NCBI RefSeq assembly: GCF_004010195.1 | Contig: NC_057718.1 | Location: 9,364,826 to 9,420,152, forward strand | From: Chiloscyllium plagiosum | Taxonomy: Eukaryota | Length of the DNA stretch: 55,327 nucleotides | Direction: 5' to 3' | Shown: positions 12,600 to 25,800 of the stretch, one piece after another | Layout: every line of letters starts with the position of its first letter | Position numbering within the stretch: position 1 is the first letter of the stretch | Translations under genes and position numbers: made by a program | The notes under the pieces: model-generated | Databases searched by the model: none | What the model saw: only the letters and a program-made list of their open reading frames with translations | What the model was told of the DNA's origin: nothing

Positions 12600-12805
12600 A
12601 GAGGAAGAGGGAGTTGCAAGGTACGGGGAGAAAGGATGGACGTCAAATGGGAGAGAGTGAGAAAGGAATGAAGGCTGGAGGAAAATAATACAGGAAGAAT
12701 GGAAGAGAGAGAAGTGAAGAAAGAGAGAGCGCCACAGTAAGGGAAGGAGACAGAAAGGAGGAGCAAACTGAAAGGAGAGAATGAGAAAGAGAAAGAAAGA
12801 AAAGA
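12600..12805. repeat. Purine-rich (GA) low-complexity tract
   Basis: Strongly G/A-biased run. Confidence 0.8.
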
Positions 12806-13421
12806 CATAGTAAATCAAAAGTGACTGTAGCTATGACAAGGGAAAAGGCTTACAAATACAGCGAGAGTATTGTGTGCAGTTCTGGAATCCACATTGTAGG
12901 AGGGATGGTCAAAGACTATGGATCTGTATTCTAAGGAGCTTAGACGGATGAAGGAAGATCTGATTGAAACTTACAGAAAACTGAGAGGCGTGGATAGAGT
13001 GGATGTGGAGAAGATGTTTCCACCAGTAGGAGAGACTCGGACCCAAGGGCACAGCCTCAGAGTGAAGGGACGACTCTTTAGAATGGAGATGGTGAATCTG
13101 TGGAACTCATTACCACAGAAGGCTGTGGAGGCCAAGTATTTGGGTGTTTTAAAGACAGGGATAGATAGGTTCTTGATTGATAAAAGGATCAAGAGTTGCA
13201 GGGAAAAGGCAGGGGGATGGGGTTGAGAAACAGATCCACCATGATCAAATGGTGGCGCATACTCAATGGGCCAAATGGATTAATTCTGCTCTTTAATCTT
13301 CCAGTCTTATGGGATGTAATTGAACTGTAGGAGGTGCAGAGGACATCTACTAGGACTTTTCCTGGGCTGGAGAGTTTCAGTTATGAAGAGAGGTTGGACA
13401 GAGTGGGCTATGTTCGTTAGA

Positions 13422-13552
13422 GGAGAAAATGAGGTCTGCAGATGCTGGAGATCAGAGATGGAAATGTGTTGCTGGAGAAGCGCAGCAGGTCAGGCAGCAT
13501 CTAGGGAACAGGAGAATCGACGTTTCGGGCATTAGCCCTTCTTCAGCCCTTC
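13422..13552 (-). mobile_element. Penelope-terminus insertion (family A) inside CR1
   Basis: 9-bp TSD ttcgttaga (13413-13421, 13553-13561). Confidence 0.8.
13519..13546 (-). ncRNA. Minimal hammerhead ribozyme core
   Basis: Minus strand reads CUGAAGA-A-GGGC-UAAU-GCCC-GAAA-CGUC. Confidence 0.6.
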
Positions 13553-14424
13553 TTCGTTAGACCAGAGTGGAGGAGACTGAGAGGTTCACCATGAGATCTG
13601 TAAAATCATGAGGGGAATTGATAGTGTTGACAGGAAGTAAACTTTCCCTAAATCAATGACAGCGGTCATAAATTTAAGGCAAGGGGCAGGTGGTTTGGAG
13701 GGGATGTGAGAAAAAACTATTTTCACTCAGAGGGTTGTTGGAATTTGGAGCTCACTGTCCCTAAGAGTGATAGAGGTGGAAACATTCATAACACTTAAAA
13801 AGTATTTTGAGGTTCACTTGCTATGTGTCAAGTGCAGGAAAACGGGATTAGAATGACAATTTTTAACAGGCACTGAATTGATGGGCTGAAAGGCCTTTTG
13901 TTGTGCTGTAGACTCCTATAACTTGATTATTTCATTCTATTCTTTAATATCCACAACTCTAAAAGAGACTCATGAATAGTTAGGAACAAGATTTTAATCC
14001 AACCACCCAGGGAGAGAATAGATTATTATATTCAACCTTGTTACCCAATGTCAGCATTAATCATCCAGATCAGTGTTACTGTTCCCACAGTTCTGCCCCA
14101 TGTGTAATAATCCTGACCTCAAAAGACCGATTTTATCAGAGTCATGCCTGCAATTATCATGTCCACTCATTGTCTATCTTTTCTGAGTCGCATTGCAGTA
14201 GATTAGTGATAGTTTTGAACCATCCACCTCTTGTCTCCAGGAATGTGGTCAGACTGTGATCATTCATCTCACATCAAGTTAACTGAGTCACGCCTTCATT
14301 CCATCAGTCCTACTTGGGTTTGAGGCCCCAGAGGTAGGAGGTCAATTTACAAGGAAGATACGTTTATTTAAACCATATCCTTGCCCTGGCCTCTTGAAGA
14401 TGCTGAGATACTATTTTTTAAAAA

Positions 14425-14780
14425 TTCACTCATAGGACACAAACATCATTGGCTGGGCCAGCATTTGTTGCTCATCCCCAATTGCCCTTGAGAATGTGCT
14501 GGTGAGTGGCTCCTTAAACCACTGCAGTCCATGTGCTGCAGGTTGATCCAGAATGTCCTTAGACAGGGAATACCAGGATTTCTATTCAACTATGCCAAAG
14601 GAACAGTGATACATTTCTAAGTGACGAAGATGAGTGGCTTGGAGGGGAACCTGCAGGTGGTCGTATCCCCATGTATCTACAACCCGTGTCCTTCCTAGAT
14701 GGAAGTAGTCATGGGTTTGGAAGGTGCTTTCCAAGGATCTTTGGGAAATTTCTTATAGATAGTACACACTGTTGTTACTG
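14425..14780 (-). mobile_element. CR1/L2-group LINE 3' fragment
   Basis: Homologous to 10355-10900 and 16420-16875. Confidence 0.65.
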
Positions 14781-14783
14781 AGT

Positions 14784-15080
14784 AGTTAGCACTACAGCCT
14801 CACAGCCACAGGGGCCTTTGATCAATTCCTGCCTTGGACAACTGACTGTGTGGAGTTTGTACATTCTCCTTGTGTCTGTGTGGGTTTCCTTCCACAATCC
14901 AAGGATGTACAGGTTGGGGTGGATTGCCCCCCATAGTGCTCAGGGATGTGTAGGTTAGGTGTATCATTTATGGGTAAATGTAAAGTAATAGGGTATGGGT
15001 CTGGGTGAGTTTCTCTTTGAAGGGTTAGTGTGGACTTGGGCAGAATGGCCTCTTTCCACACTGCAGGGATTCTATTCTAT
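14784..15080 (+). mobile_element. HE1-like V-SINE
   Basis: gttagcact..gcctcacagc, V-domain, (attct)n tail. Confidence 0.75.
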
Positions 15081-15234
15081 AATAAGCATCAGTGGGTTGA
15101 TTCTGTATTCAGACTCTATCTGGCAACATCCTTGTACATCTTTTCTGAACCCTTTCAGGTTTCACTACATCTTTCTGATAGGAGGGCGATCAGAGTTGCA
15201 TGCACTATTCTCGGCATTGAATCCCCATTTATTA

Positions 15235-15395
15235 TCTGAAAACATAAACTGCTGGAAATCACAGTGGGTCAGGCAGCATCTGTGGAGAGAGAGTCTAGAC
15301 TCGAAATGTTAGCTTGCTGTCTCTCCATGGATGCTCCCTGATTCATTGCGATCTTCAGCATTTTTTGTTTTTAGTACAGATTCCAGCATCTGCAG
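15235..15395. mobile_element. Fold-back Penelope-terminus insertion
   Basis: Inverted arms; same family as 9481-9680. Confidence 0.7.
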
Positions 15396-16089
15396 GAATT
15401 TCCTCCCATTTTTTACCTCTCCGGCTGCTCCACCAACTTGCCAATTCATTCCTTCATGTGAAGCATCCCTTTTTCTTTGCGCAGTTAATGTTCTGGGGGA
15501 GAGGAAACCTTTAATTGTAACTTTCTCTGCCACCTAAATGAACTCACTGTGGAATGTTAATTGGCGTCATTAACCAGCTGTCATTACTCTGACCTGTCGC
15601 TTCCATTGCACCGTTTAACCTAAACTCATCAGGAACCAGTTCCTGCATCCGCTGAAATATTTCATCCACTTGAATCATGTGGCCCAACTCCCTGCTTCAT
15701 CAGCTTAGGCTGATCCCCGTTTCAAAAGCTCCGTCTGTAAAGTGAGCCAAAAAGTCACTCTGCTTTATCACTTTGTCTATATTTGGAGTGTGAAAAACCG
15801 AATCACTTTCTATCAATACACTAATCTTGAAACTGTTATTTTTATGAACTGCTTGTAGCTGGGCAAGTATTAACAGTGTGCAATGGTTGAGGAACAGACT
15901 TGATTTCGAAGCTGGTCTCAAAAGCCAGCTAGCTGGCCCCAAAGGCGATCTCCTATTTGTTTCCAAGCCCACTTGCCGTCAACATCCACTTTTCCTTTCT
16001 CTCCTCTCATCCAGGGTTTCACGGGCACTGTCCGTGCCCCAACAGCCCTGCTTCATCTGCCAAATGCCACAGAACCTGCCTCCGTTGTG

Positions 16090-16325
16090 GTCTGTGTGGT
16101 GTTTGCACAATCTCCCCGTGTCTGCGTGAGTTTCCTCCAGGTGCTCCGGTTTCCTCCCACAGTCCAAAGATGTGCAGGTCAGGTGAATTGGCCATGCTAA
16201 ATTGCCCATAGTGTTTGATGCATTAGTCAGAGGGAAGTGGGTGTGGGTGGGTTACTCTTCGGAGGGTCAGTGTGGACCTATTGGGCTGAAGGGCCTGTTT
16301 CCACATTTTAGAGAATCTAACCTAA
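16090..16325 (+). mobile_element. HE1-like V-SINE, 5'-truncated
   Basis: High similarity to 47780-48016. Confidence 0.8.
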
Positions 16326-16419
16326 CCTGAAGGTCATTCTCCTGTGTGATGAACGAGACTCCAATCACAATACCGGCAGACGCATCTAAATAAAAGAGGA
16401 ACCCTGTGGATGCTGACAG

Positions 16420-17110
16420 GCTTCATGGGACTTGAGTGTCGCTGGCTGGGCCAGTATTTATTGCTCGTCCCGAGTAGCCCTTGTGAAGGTGGGGGGGTGA
16501 GCTGCCTTCTTGAATCGCTGCAGTCCATGTGCTGTAGGTAGACCCACAATGCCCATAGTGGGGGATTTCCAGGATTTTGTCCGAGTGACACTGATAGTTT
16601 TCCCAGTCAGGATGGTGGGTGGCTTGGAGACAAAGTTGGTGGTGTTCCCATGTATCTTCTGCCCTTGCCTTTTTAAATGGAAGTGGACCCCAGTTTAGAA
16701 GGTGCTGTCTGATGATCTTTGGTGAATGTCTGCAGAGCATCTTGTAGGTGGTACACACTGCTGCTACTGAGCATCTGTGGTGAAGGAATTGGATTCTTGT
16801 GGATATGTGCCAATCCAGTGGGCTGCTTTATCCTGGATGTTGTTGAGTATTTTTAGGTCTGCACCCACCCAGGCATTCGTAGGATGGCCAGGTCAGCATT
16901 TTTGCCTATCCCTGATTGACTTGGGAATGATATTGTCATTTCTCCAAATCCTGGCATAACGTACCCAACAGCACTGTGAGTGACTCTGCATTGTAAGGAC
17001 TTGTGCACAACAAGAAGGCAGTCCACCATCTCCTTTGCAAGGGGGGGTTAAGAATGGACAATAAACATTGGTATTGCCACCAACTCTGGCATTTCAGAGA
17101 TGAATGAAAA
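16420..17110. mobile_element. Two CR1/L2-group LINE 3' fragments in opposite orientation (16420-16875 -, 16940-17110 +)
   Basis: Minus ORFs MCTTYKMLCRHSPKIIRQHL...WEHHQL and QHMDCSDSRRQLT. Confidence 0.65.
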
Positions 17111-17111
17111 C

Positions 17112-17520
17112 ATGGCATGGTGGCTCAGTGGTTAGCACTGTTGCCTCACAGCACCAGGGACCTGAGTTCGATTCCAGCCTCGGGCAACTGTCTGTGTGGA
17201 GTTTGCACATTCTCCCTGTGTCTGTGTGGTTTCCTCCCACAGTCCAAAGATGTGCAGGTTAGGTGAATTGCTTGCAATACAAAGCTCTTCACTCTGACTT
17301 GGTACATGTGACAATAAGTTCAATTCAATTGGCCACGCTAAATTCCCATAGTGTTCTGGGATGTGCAGGTTAAGTGCATTAGTCAGGGGTAAACGTAGGG
17401 TAACAGCGTAGGGAAATGGTGTTTGGGTGGGATAGTCTACAGAGGGTGGATGTGGACTTGTTGGGCCGAAGGGCCTGTTTCCAGACTGTAGGGATTTTAT
17501 GATAATAAGGGATTCTATGA
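17112..17520 (+). mobile_element. HE1-like V-SINE with a ~60-bp Rex1-like 3' tail insert (about 17271-17330)
   Basis: A-box tggctcagtgg, B-box gttcgattcc, V-domain and CR1-like tail; the insert resembles 11560-11615. Confidence 0.8.
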
Positions 17521-17744
17521 CTATTCCTGGCCTGGTCATGATTTTTTAAAAGTTAAACAATCGCACAACATTCCAAAGTGCTCTAAAACCAATAAAGTAC
17601 TTTTCCTGGAGTAGGTTTTGCTGCATTGGAAGTAGTGGAATCTTAAAATCATACAGCACAGAAAAGGCCATTCGGCCCATTGAGTCTGTACAGCCAAAAT
17701 TACATTACTACCTCCACTAGCCCCACCTTCCCACCCTAAATAGT

Positions 17745-18190
17745 GCAGTGGCTCAGTGATTAGCACTGCTGCCTTACAGCGGCAGTGACCCAGGTTTGAT
17801 TCCCTTCTTGGGTGACTGTCTGTGTGGTCATAGAGTCATAGAAATGTACAGCACGGAAACAGACCCTTCGGTCCAACTTGTCCATGCTGACCAGATATTC
17901 CAACCCAATCTAGTCCCACCTGCCAGCACTGGCACATATCCCTCCAAGCTGAAAATGTGTTGTGTTCATATGTTCTCCCCGTGTCTGTGTGGGTTTCCTC
18001 TGGGTGCTCTGGTTTCCTCCCACAATCCAAAGATGTGCAGCGCCAGGTAAATTGGCCATGCTAAGTTGCCTGTAGTGTTAGGGGCATTAATCAGAGGTAA
18101 ATATATGGTCTGGGTGTTTTACTCTTCGGAGGGTTGGTGTGGACTTGTTGGGCCGAAGGGCCTGTTTCCGTACTGTAGGGACTCTAATCC
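17745..18190 (+). mobile_element. HE1-like V-SINE interrupted by a CR1 3' fragment (about 17828-17948, -)
   Basis: SINE head and tail separated by gtcatagagtcatagaaatgtacagcacgg. Confidence 0.75.
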
Positions 18191-18199
18191 AGACCCATA

Positions 18200-18510
18200 G
18201 CTTTGAATGCTATGACACTTCAAGTGTGATAGCCAATTTACACACAGCAAGCTCCCACAAAATAGCATTGAAATGAATGACCAGATAAAATGAGTGGGGG
18301 GTGGCAGTATATGTTAACCAAGATACCAGGGGAGATCTTTTTTTCTTCTATGAAATAATATCACAGGAGTTTTTACATCCGCCTGAGAGAATGGGTAAGC
18401 ACTTGGTTTAATGTCTCATCCAAAAGATACCACTTTGGCAGTTCAGCACTCCCTCAGTACTGGAGCTGAATGTCAGTCTCAATTACACACGAAGTGTCTG
18501 GAACGGGATT
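18200..18510 (-). mobile_element. Deu-domain SINE (SacSINE1/AmnSINE1-like)
   Basis: cacacagcaagctcccacaa...cagcactccctcagtactg resembles the Deu domain in reverse; further copies at 19265-19570, 22480-22560, 23905-24240, 28170-28420 and 32295-32460. Confidence 0.65.
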
Positions 18511-19569
18511 TGAACATATAACCAATTTGTTACCGAAGGCCAACGGGAACTCAATTCCCATTGTGAATAACGAGGGATCCGGGTCCAGGTTTTCACTTTT
18601 AAACAGAGAGCTGGCTGCGGGTGACAGGGCGTTGAAAAGAATGGGTGTCATCTGCTGTTAGAACAATGAAGCTCAAGTCATTTATATTTACAAATGCAGC
18701 CAGACTGAAGGGGTATAAGCAGATGTTTGAAATCCATCTGCCTCCCTCCTAATAAGAGTTGGTCATTGTGTACTTAGTCATCTCTCAACTTCTTTATACT
18801 CAGAGAGCTTATTATGGAGTCCAGGAGGCCACCTACAAACAGCAAAAAATATTTAGATGGCATGTTTATCAGAATAAAATATCCAAGGGCATGTCACAGA
18901 AGCACATAATAGACAAGATTTAACAGCAAGCTCCATAAGGAAATACTGGGAAAGGTGGCATGAAGCTTATTCATAGAGGATGGTTTTAGTAGACATATTA
19001 AAGGTGGAGGGATGTGGGAAGCTATTCTAGAGCTGAAGGAACAGCCACCAAGAGATGGGGAGAGCAATGGAAATTTGGCATCCACCAGAGGCCAGGATGG
19101 GTGGAGCGCAGAAGACATGGAGCATTGTAGGGTTGGAGGAGGGCAAAGAGGGACTTACCACAAGATGCAGATGTTAAATCGAGGTTTATATCCGACTTGC
19201 AAGTCATCCTACATTGCTGATGTTAAAGTGTCTTGACCTTCCGATTCAGGATTAATCGCTGAAAGAGAAAAAAGACTTGCATTTTGATAGTAACACACAA
19301 GATACTGCACACCTCAAAGTCACTATTATAATGTGGGAAACACAGCATTCAATTTACACACAGCAAGTTCCCACAAACAGTAACGACAGATAACCTATGT
19401 TTTTTAATCGTATCAGTTGAATAAATATTGGCTGGCTCAGTCACCAGGGATAATTCCTGCTACTGTTCTTCAGGCCTTTCTTTACTTCTACCAGTTGGGG
19501 TCTCCGGTTAATGTTCCATCTGGAAGATGGTACCTTTGGCAGTGCCACGTGCCCTCAGTACTCAGTAAG

Positions 19570-20510
19570 GGAAATCAGGGCAGGATTTATACACTTTTAA
19601 TGGTAGGGTCCTGAGGACTGTTGCTGAACAAAGAGTCCTTGGAGTGCAGGTTCATAATTCCTTGAAAGTGGAGTGACAGGTAGACAGGATAGTGAAGTAG
19701 GCGTTGGTACGCGTGCCTTCATTGGTCAGTGCGTTGAGTGTAGGAGTTGGGAGGTCATGTTGTGGCTGTACAGGACGTTGGTTAGGCCACTTTTGGAATA
19801 CAAGCCATTCTGGTATAACGTGCGTTTCGTCAACACAGATTGGCTATAAAGCAATTGATGAATTGTGGACACTGTTTGGATATTGCAAACTTTGTACTGA
19901 ATGGGTTTAGCGAATTTCTGTAGTGATCTTCTACAGCATGACCTTCTATAGCGTGAGACTGAAGAGGAACATAACTGTCACATTATAGCAGAACACGCTG
20001 TATTGCATTCAATTCTAGTCTCCCTGCTATAGGAAGGATGTTGTTAAATTTGAAAGGGTTCAGAAATGACTTACAAGGATGTTGCCAGGGTTGGAGGGTT
20101 GGAGCTATAGGAAGAGGCTGAATAGACTGGGGCTGTTTGCCCTGGAATGTTGGAGACCGATCTTAAAGAAGTTTACAAGATCATGAGGAGCATGGATAGG
20201 GTAAAAGCCAAGGGCTTTTTCCTTGGATAGGGTGTTCAAAACTAGAGGGCATAGATTTAAGGTGAGAGGGGAAAGAGTTAAAAGGGATCTAAGGGGCAAC
20301 TTTTTTACACAGAGGGTGGTGAGTGTATGAAATGAGCTGTCAGAGGAAGTGGTGGAGACTGGTACAATTACAACACATGAATAGGAAGGTTTTAGAGGGA
20401 TAATGGTTAAATGCTGGCAAAAAGGACTAGATTAATTTAGGGTATCTGGTTGGCATGGACAAGTTGGACTGAAGGGACTGTTTCCGTGCTGTACAGTTCT
20501 ATGACTCTGT
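19570..20510 (+). mobile_element. CR1 LINE 3' fragment (~750 bp) split by a MITE
   Basis: CR1 ORF2 C-terminal homology ending in a ctatgact tail. Confidence 0.85.
19801..20000. mobile_element. 200-bp Tc1/mariner-pogo-type MITE
   Basis: TA duplicated at 19799-19800 and 20001-20002; imperfect TIRs caagccattctggtataacgtg / cacattatagcagaacacgctg; removing it restores the CR1 sequence ttggaatattgcattcaatt. Confidence 0.7.
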
Positions 20511-21104
20511 GAGTGAAACAGCAAAGATGGTAACCACCATTTGCAAAGCTCCTGAGTCCACAAGACATAATCAGGACAGTCTGAACTGAGAGGCCAGAAA
20601 GAGCTTCAAAGGGACGTTTCCCAAGGATGAGGAGCGGCTGCACTGTGCCCAGGAATGTTCCTTAGATATTCTTGTTACCTGAGATGAATTCAGACAAGTC
20701 CATATGAATGTGCTCCCATCAATCAGCCATCATCTGCTGCCTCAAATATTCCTCTATAACGATCCCTGAACGGCCCATTGATATAATTGTCCGTTCTGCA
20801 GATCCTCCTATCGATTGCCATCAATGAGATGTTAATTACCTCAGTCAGAACAGACTCTCCATTGTCACATTGTAACTGACTGTTTAACTAAGGGAATCCC
20901 AGGACAGTTCAATTACATTCGGAGGACACTACACAGTTCTGATTTTTCTCACAGAAGATTGCACGCCCAAATAAAATATTCTCAGCACAGGATAGTTGTC
21001 TCTTTCAGCTGGGTGTCAATGAGAAGAACTGCACAGCACTGATGAGGGTAGCATTAATGCAGTAATTGAGGAATTATAGAGAATCTGGCAGAGTAAATGA
21101 AGCA

Positions 21105-21975
21105 TTGAAACATAGAAAATAGGTGCAGCAGAAGGCCATTCAGCCCTTCGAGCCTGCACCACCATTCAATATGATCATGGCTGATCAGGCAATCACAATA
21201 GTAGACAGTCATAGAGTCATCGAGATGTACAGCACAGAAACAGACCCTTAGGTCCAACCCATCCATGCCGACCAGATATCCCAACTCAATCTAGTCCCAC
21301 CTGCCAGCACCCGGCCCATATCCCTCCAAACCCTTCCTATTCATATACTCAACTTTTCAAAGTTGCAATTATACTAGTCTCCACCACTTCCTCTGGCAAG
21401 TGCTGGTAAAGCACAGCAGGTAAGGCAGCAACCGAGGAGCAGGAAAATCGACGAGTCGGGCAAAAGCCCTTCATCAGGAATGAGGTTTGTGGGCCGAGGG
21501 GCTTATACCCGAAACGTCAACTCTCCTGCTCCTCGGATGCTGCCTGACCGGCTGTGCTTTTCCAGCACCACACTCTCGACTTTGAACTCCAGCATCTACA
21601 GTCCTCACTATCTCCTAGGCAATCTCAGTATCCCATTCCCTCCCCATACCCCTTGATCCCTTTAGCTATAAGGGCCATTTCCAATCTATCTAATGAACTG
21701 GCCCCAACAGCTTCCTGTGGGAGAAAATTCCACAGGTTCCCAATTCCCTCAGTGACAAAATTCTCCCTCATCTCAGTCCTGAATGGCTTCCCCCTTATTC
21801 TTAGACTATGACCCCTAGTTCTGGACTTACCCAACATCAGGAACATTCTTCCCACATCTAGCCTGTCCTGTCCCATCAGGATTTTATATGTTTCTGTGAG
21901 ATTCTCCCCTCATTCTTCCAAATTCAAGTGAGTACAAGCTCAGTCGATCCAGTCTTTCTTCATAGGTCAGTCCAT
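21105..21975 (-). mobile_element. CR1 3' fragment containing a nested CR1 plus fold-back PLE composite (21201-21616)
   Basis: MGQDRLDVGRMFLMLGKSRTRGHSLRIRG; PLE inverted arms at about 21399-21480 and 21497-21617. Confidence 0.8.
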
Positions 21976-21994
21976 CCAATCTGCATGCCCAGAG

Positions 21995-22125
21995 CATCCA
22001 GTGGAAAACTATACAGACACAGGGAGAACATGCAAACTCGATTCAGACAGTCCCCAAGGCTGGAATCGAACACAGGTACCTGGAGCTGTGAGGTACCGAT
22101 GCTAACCACTGAGCCACCTTGCAGC
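21995..22125 (-). mobile_element. HE1-like SINE 5' half
   Basis: Reverse of gtggctcagtggttagca...gttcgattcc. Confidence 0.7.
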
Positions 22126-23234
22126 CCCCTACTGCTGCACTCAAATCTTCTCACTATGAAGGCTAGCAGATAACTTTATTTTTTCTCAATTTATAATTTT
22201 TTAATTTTCTGCCATTCTCCAACTTTTGCACAACTTCCCATCAAAACCCTCTCAAAAACGACCATTGCATCTCACCAGTAGTTGGCAACTTATAAAACAA
22301 CACTCTGATATCTCTACATATAATGTGATAATCGCTTAACAGGAAAAAAATTGAGTAAGTTCTTTTTCATTTGGAAAGGACAGGATTGCATGTCAAGCCA
22401 GGCTTTCCAGTTTTGTGGGGCTAAAATCCCGGAGAACAGAAATTAAAATGTCTACTTGGGAGTTTGACATTTAAAGCTAAAAGCTGCCTCCTTCAACAGT
22501 GCAGCACTCCCTCAGTACTGCAGTGAGGCATCAGCCTAGATTATTATGGTCAAGTCAGCTCAGAATTACTGAATTACACAACATTTGAAAAATTACTTTG
22601 ATAAAATGTTTCAGATTAAGGGGTGAAACATAGAGCTATCTAAAATCATAAAATAAAGGGACAGGTTCGATCGAAACCAATTGCTCCTAGTTATCGGATG
22701 AGGAGAATTGGAGAGGGCATAGACACAAGATTAGACAGAACAGCTTGTCTTCGGAGAGTGGAAAAAATCATTTTCACATAGAGAGAGAGAGAGGGTTACG
22801 GGCTTGCAGAATACACTTTCAGAGTTAATGATTGAAACACAAACTATGTCAACATCCAAGATTTGATTGGAGGGAGGGCGAGTGGGAAGGGAAGGTTGAA
22901 GGCTTCTGAAAATAGGGTGAGTAAACGTGATTAGAGTGATTTGCAGAAAGGGAGCATGGGTGCTGACAGAAACTGGATGGGCAGAATGGCCGACCTCAGT
23001 GTTAAAACTCCATGTGTTTTTTTATATGCCTCTGAGCAATGTATGAGCTTTTAAGGATCCATCTAAAAATAACCAAACTAATACTTGGTCTGCAATGAAA
23101 TGGAAGGTAATTGTGGTAAGTTTAATCATCTTTTGCCTAATGGAACACAGTGGTGCCTCAGGCATTGTCATGGTACCAGTGTCTATGCAGTAATTTTATT
23201 ACAATGCAAAGCCACAACAGGATTAGCTCCTCAT

Positions 23235-23355
23235 AAGATACCGCAGATGCTGGAAATCTGAACCAGCACAGAGAATGCTGGAGAAACTCAACAAGTCTGG
23301 CAGCAGCAGTGGAGAGAGAAGCAGAGTTTTGAGTCCAGTGTGACTCTCCTCCAGA
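23235..23355 (-). mobile_element. Penelope-terminus fragment (family B)
   Basis: gcagatgctggaaatctgaa...gctggagaaactcaacaagtctggcagca. Confidence 0.65.
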
Positions 23356-24604
23356 ACACAAGCCATCACTTCTTCACACAATGGTTCTTGTTTTGTAAGA
23401 AAACTGCTTGTCATAAACAGCCACCAGACACATGGGACTCAACACAGAACAGTACGGCGCAGGGACGGGCCAGTCGGCTCACGATGTTGTGCCAAACATG
23501 ACACCAAATTAAACACATTGTGTTCGCCTACTCCATATCTCTCCAGTCCTTGCATCAAGGAATCTGTTATGAAATGGGATTGGATGTGGTGGGGTTGCAG
23601 ACCTGATTAGATTCCTCTGTACTGGAATCAGTGACCATGACATCTTACCATCCTACCGGAATGGGTGGGAGACTCGGTTCAGAATAGGTGGGGCTGTTGG
23701 TTCAGAGTTCCAGCGGAAAAATGGCACTTTTGACCAAACGGCACTCCCTTGTTACTGAGTCACAGAGCAGCTTGATTTATAAGTTGAAGCATCGGTGTGG
23801 ACCTCAAGCCCATTGACCCCGAAGTAAGTGGGATTACCACAGTGAAACTGACTTGTTTTGGAAAGCAGGATTGAAAGAAACAGGAAGAAAAATCTCTAAG
23901 CATTTGCAGGCAGCATGGTGTTTTAAATAGTACACTCACTGCAGTAAAGTGCAAAGTACAACAGCCAATTTAGACACAGCAAGCTCCCACAACATAATAA
24001 TGAACAGATCATCTGTATTTGCACTATTACTCTATCGATAAATATTGGCCAAGGCATGAGGGAGAGCTGCCTGGCCCTACCTAGGATTAGTACTGTCTGA
24101 TCTTCTCTGAAAGCACTGATAGTCACCTCTAACAGTCTAACACTGAGAATATGGTCAGCGTAGATTCTACCCTCAACTCTCTGTGGAACTTGAAGCCACG
24201 ATCTTCCGGTAAGACACAATAGCAATCCACACTGAGCATTTACTGTTACCAATCAAGCTCTTGGGAAACATTTCCCCTGTTTATCTTTGGAAGTCAGGCA
24301 GTGAAGCCTGGTTCCTTCATCAATCTTTTGGTCACCCAGTCTCATATCACAGTGCTACTGACCTGGGACAGTGCAGTGAGCAGAGAACTCAATGGAACTT
24401 GATGCATGAAAGGACAGTTCAGCATAGTTTCCAATTACTTCAAGTTTATGAACAAGTGTAGGTCATTCGGCCCATTGACCCTGCTATGCCATTCAATTTG
24501 TGATTGATAATCATTAATTAACACCATTTAACCCCCTCTCACAAACACCACCTCCCTTCCTCCTCATTCATATCCAGAAATTTGTTGATTTCTGTTTTGG
24601 AACC

Positions 24605-24930
24605 TTTTTCTCTCTATTCGTTCATGGGATGTGAGGGTTGCTGGTAGGGCCAGTATTTGTTGTCCATCCTTAATTTTGCCAAGTCCATTTCAGAAACAAC
24701 CACATTGCTGTGGGTCTGGAGTCACATGTAGGTCAGATCAAGTAAGGACAGTAGATTTCTTTCCCTAAAAGGCATTAGTGAACAATGTGGGTGTATGAAC
24801 AAACAACTTTAGTTCCAAGCCTTATTTTGTTTTTAAGAAAATGCAAATTTCACCACCTGCTATGTTGGGATTTGAACTCAAACCCCCACAGATCAATAAC
24901 CTGGGAATAAGGATTACTTGTCCAGTCACA
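24605..24930 (-). mobile_element. Second-family SINE
   Basis: Reverse homology to 6985-7502 (gggatttgaactca; gggtctggagtcacatg). Confidence 0.6.
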
Positions 24931-25037
24931 TTAGGATTGTGCCTATTTATAGCTAAGGATTAAGCTTCCTCAGAAATCTAGGATGGAACATTCCAATAAT
25001 TTAGTACTCCTTAAGTGAAACATTTGAACATTATCTC

Positions 25038-25800
25038 AGTCATAGAGATGTACAGCACGGAATCAGACCCTTCGATCCAACTCATCCATGCAGACCAGAT
25101 ATCCTAAATGAATCTAATCCCATTTGCCAATATGTGGCTCATATCCCTCCAAACCTTTCCTATTCACATACCCATCCAGATGACTTTTGAATGTTATAAA
25201 TGTACCAGCCTCCACCACTTTCTCTGGCAGTTCATTCCATACACCACCACCCTCTACATGAAAACGTTGCCCCTTAGATCCCTTTTAAATCTTTCTCTTC
25301 TGACCTTAAACCTATGCTGTCTGGTTTTGGACTCCCCTACCCTGGGAAAATGACCTTGGCTGTTCACCCTTTCCATGCCCCTCATGATTATGTAAACCTC
25401 TGTAAGGTCATTCCTCAATCACCAACACTCCAGGGAAAATAGCCTCAGCCTATTCAGCTTCTCCCTATAGGTCAAACTCCCTAACCCTGGCAACTTCCTT
25501 ACAAACTTTTCCTGCACCCTTTCAAGTTTAACAACATCTTTCCTATAACAGGGAGACCTAAAATTGAATGCAATATTCCAAAAGTGGTCAAACCAATGTC
25601 CTGTACAGTCGCAAGCTGACCTTCCAACTCCTATTCTCTGAGAGCTTGTGTTTTCAAATAAACCTGTTGGACTGTAACCTGGTGATTTTTGACCCTGATC
25701 AATAAAGGCAAGCGTACCAAATGCCTTCATCACCGCCCTGTCCACCTGCAACTCCCCCGTCAAGGAAATGTGAACCTGCATTCCAAGGTCTCATTGTTTG
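25038..25800 (-). mobile_element. CR1 LINE 3' fragment with a short PLE family C insert (about 25640-25695)
   Basis: SPCYRKDVVKLERVQEKFVRKLPGLGSLTYREKLNRLRLFSLE. Confidence 0.85.

Larger units (their letters stand above)
12860..13915 (+). mobile_element. Two adjacent CR1 3' fragments (about 12860-13310 and 13320-13915)
   Basis: RRMKEDLIETYRKLRGVDRVDVEKMFPPVGETRTQGHSLRVKG...NLWNSLPQKAVEA; CR1 3' stem-loop-like ends. Confidence 0.8.
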
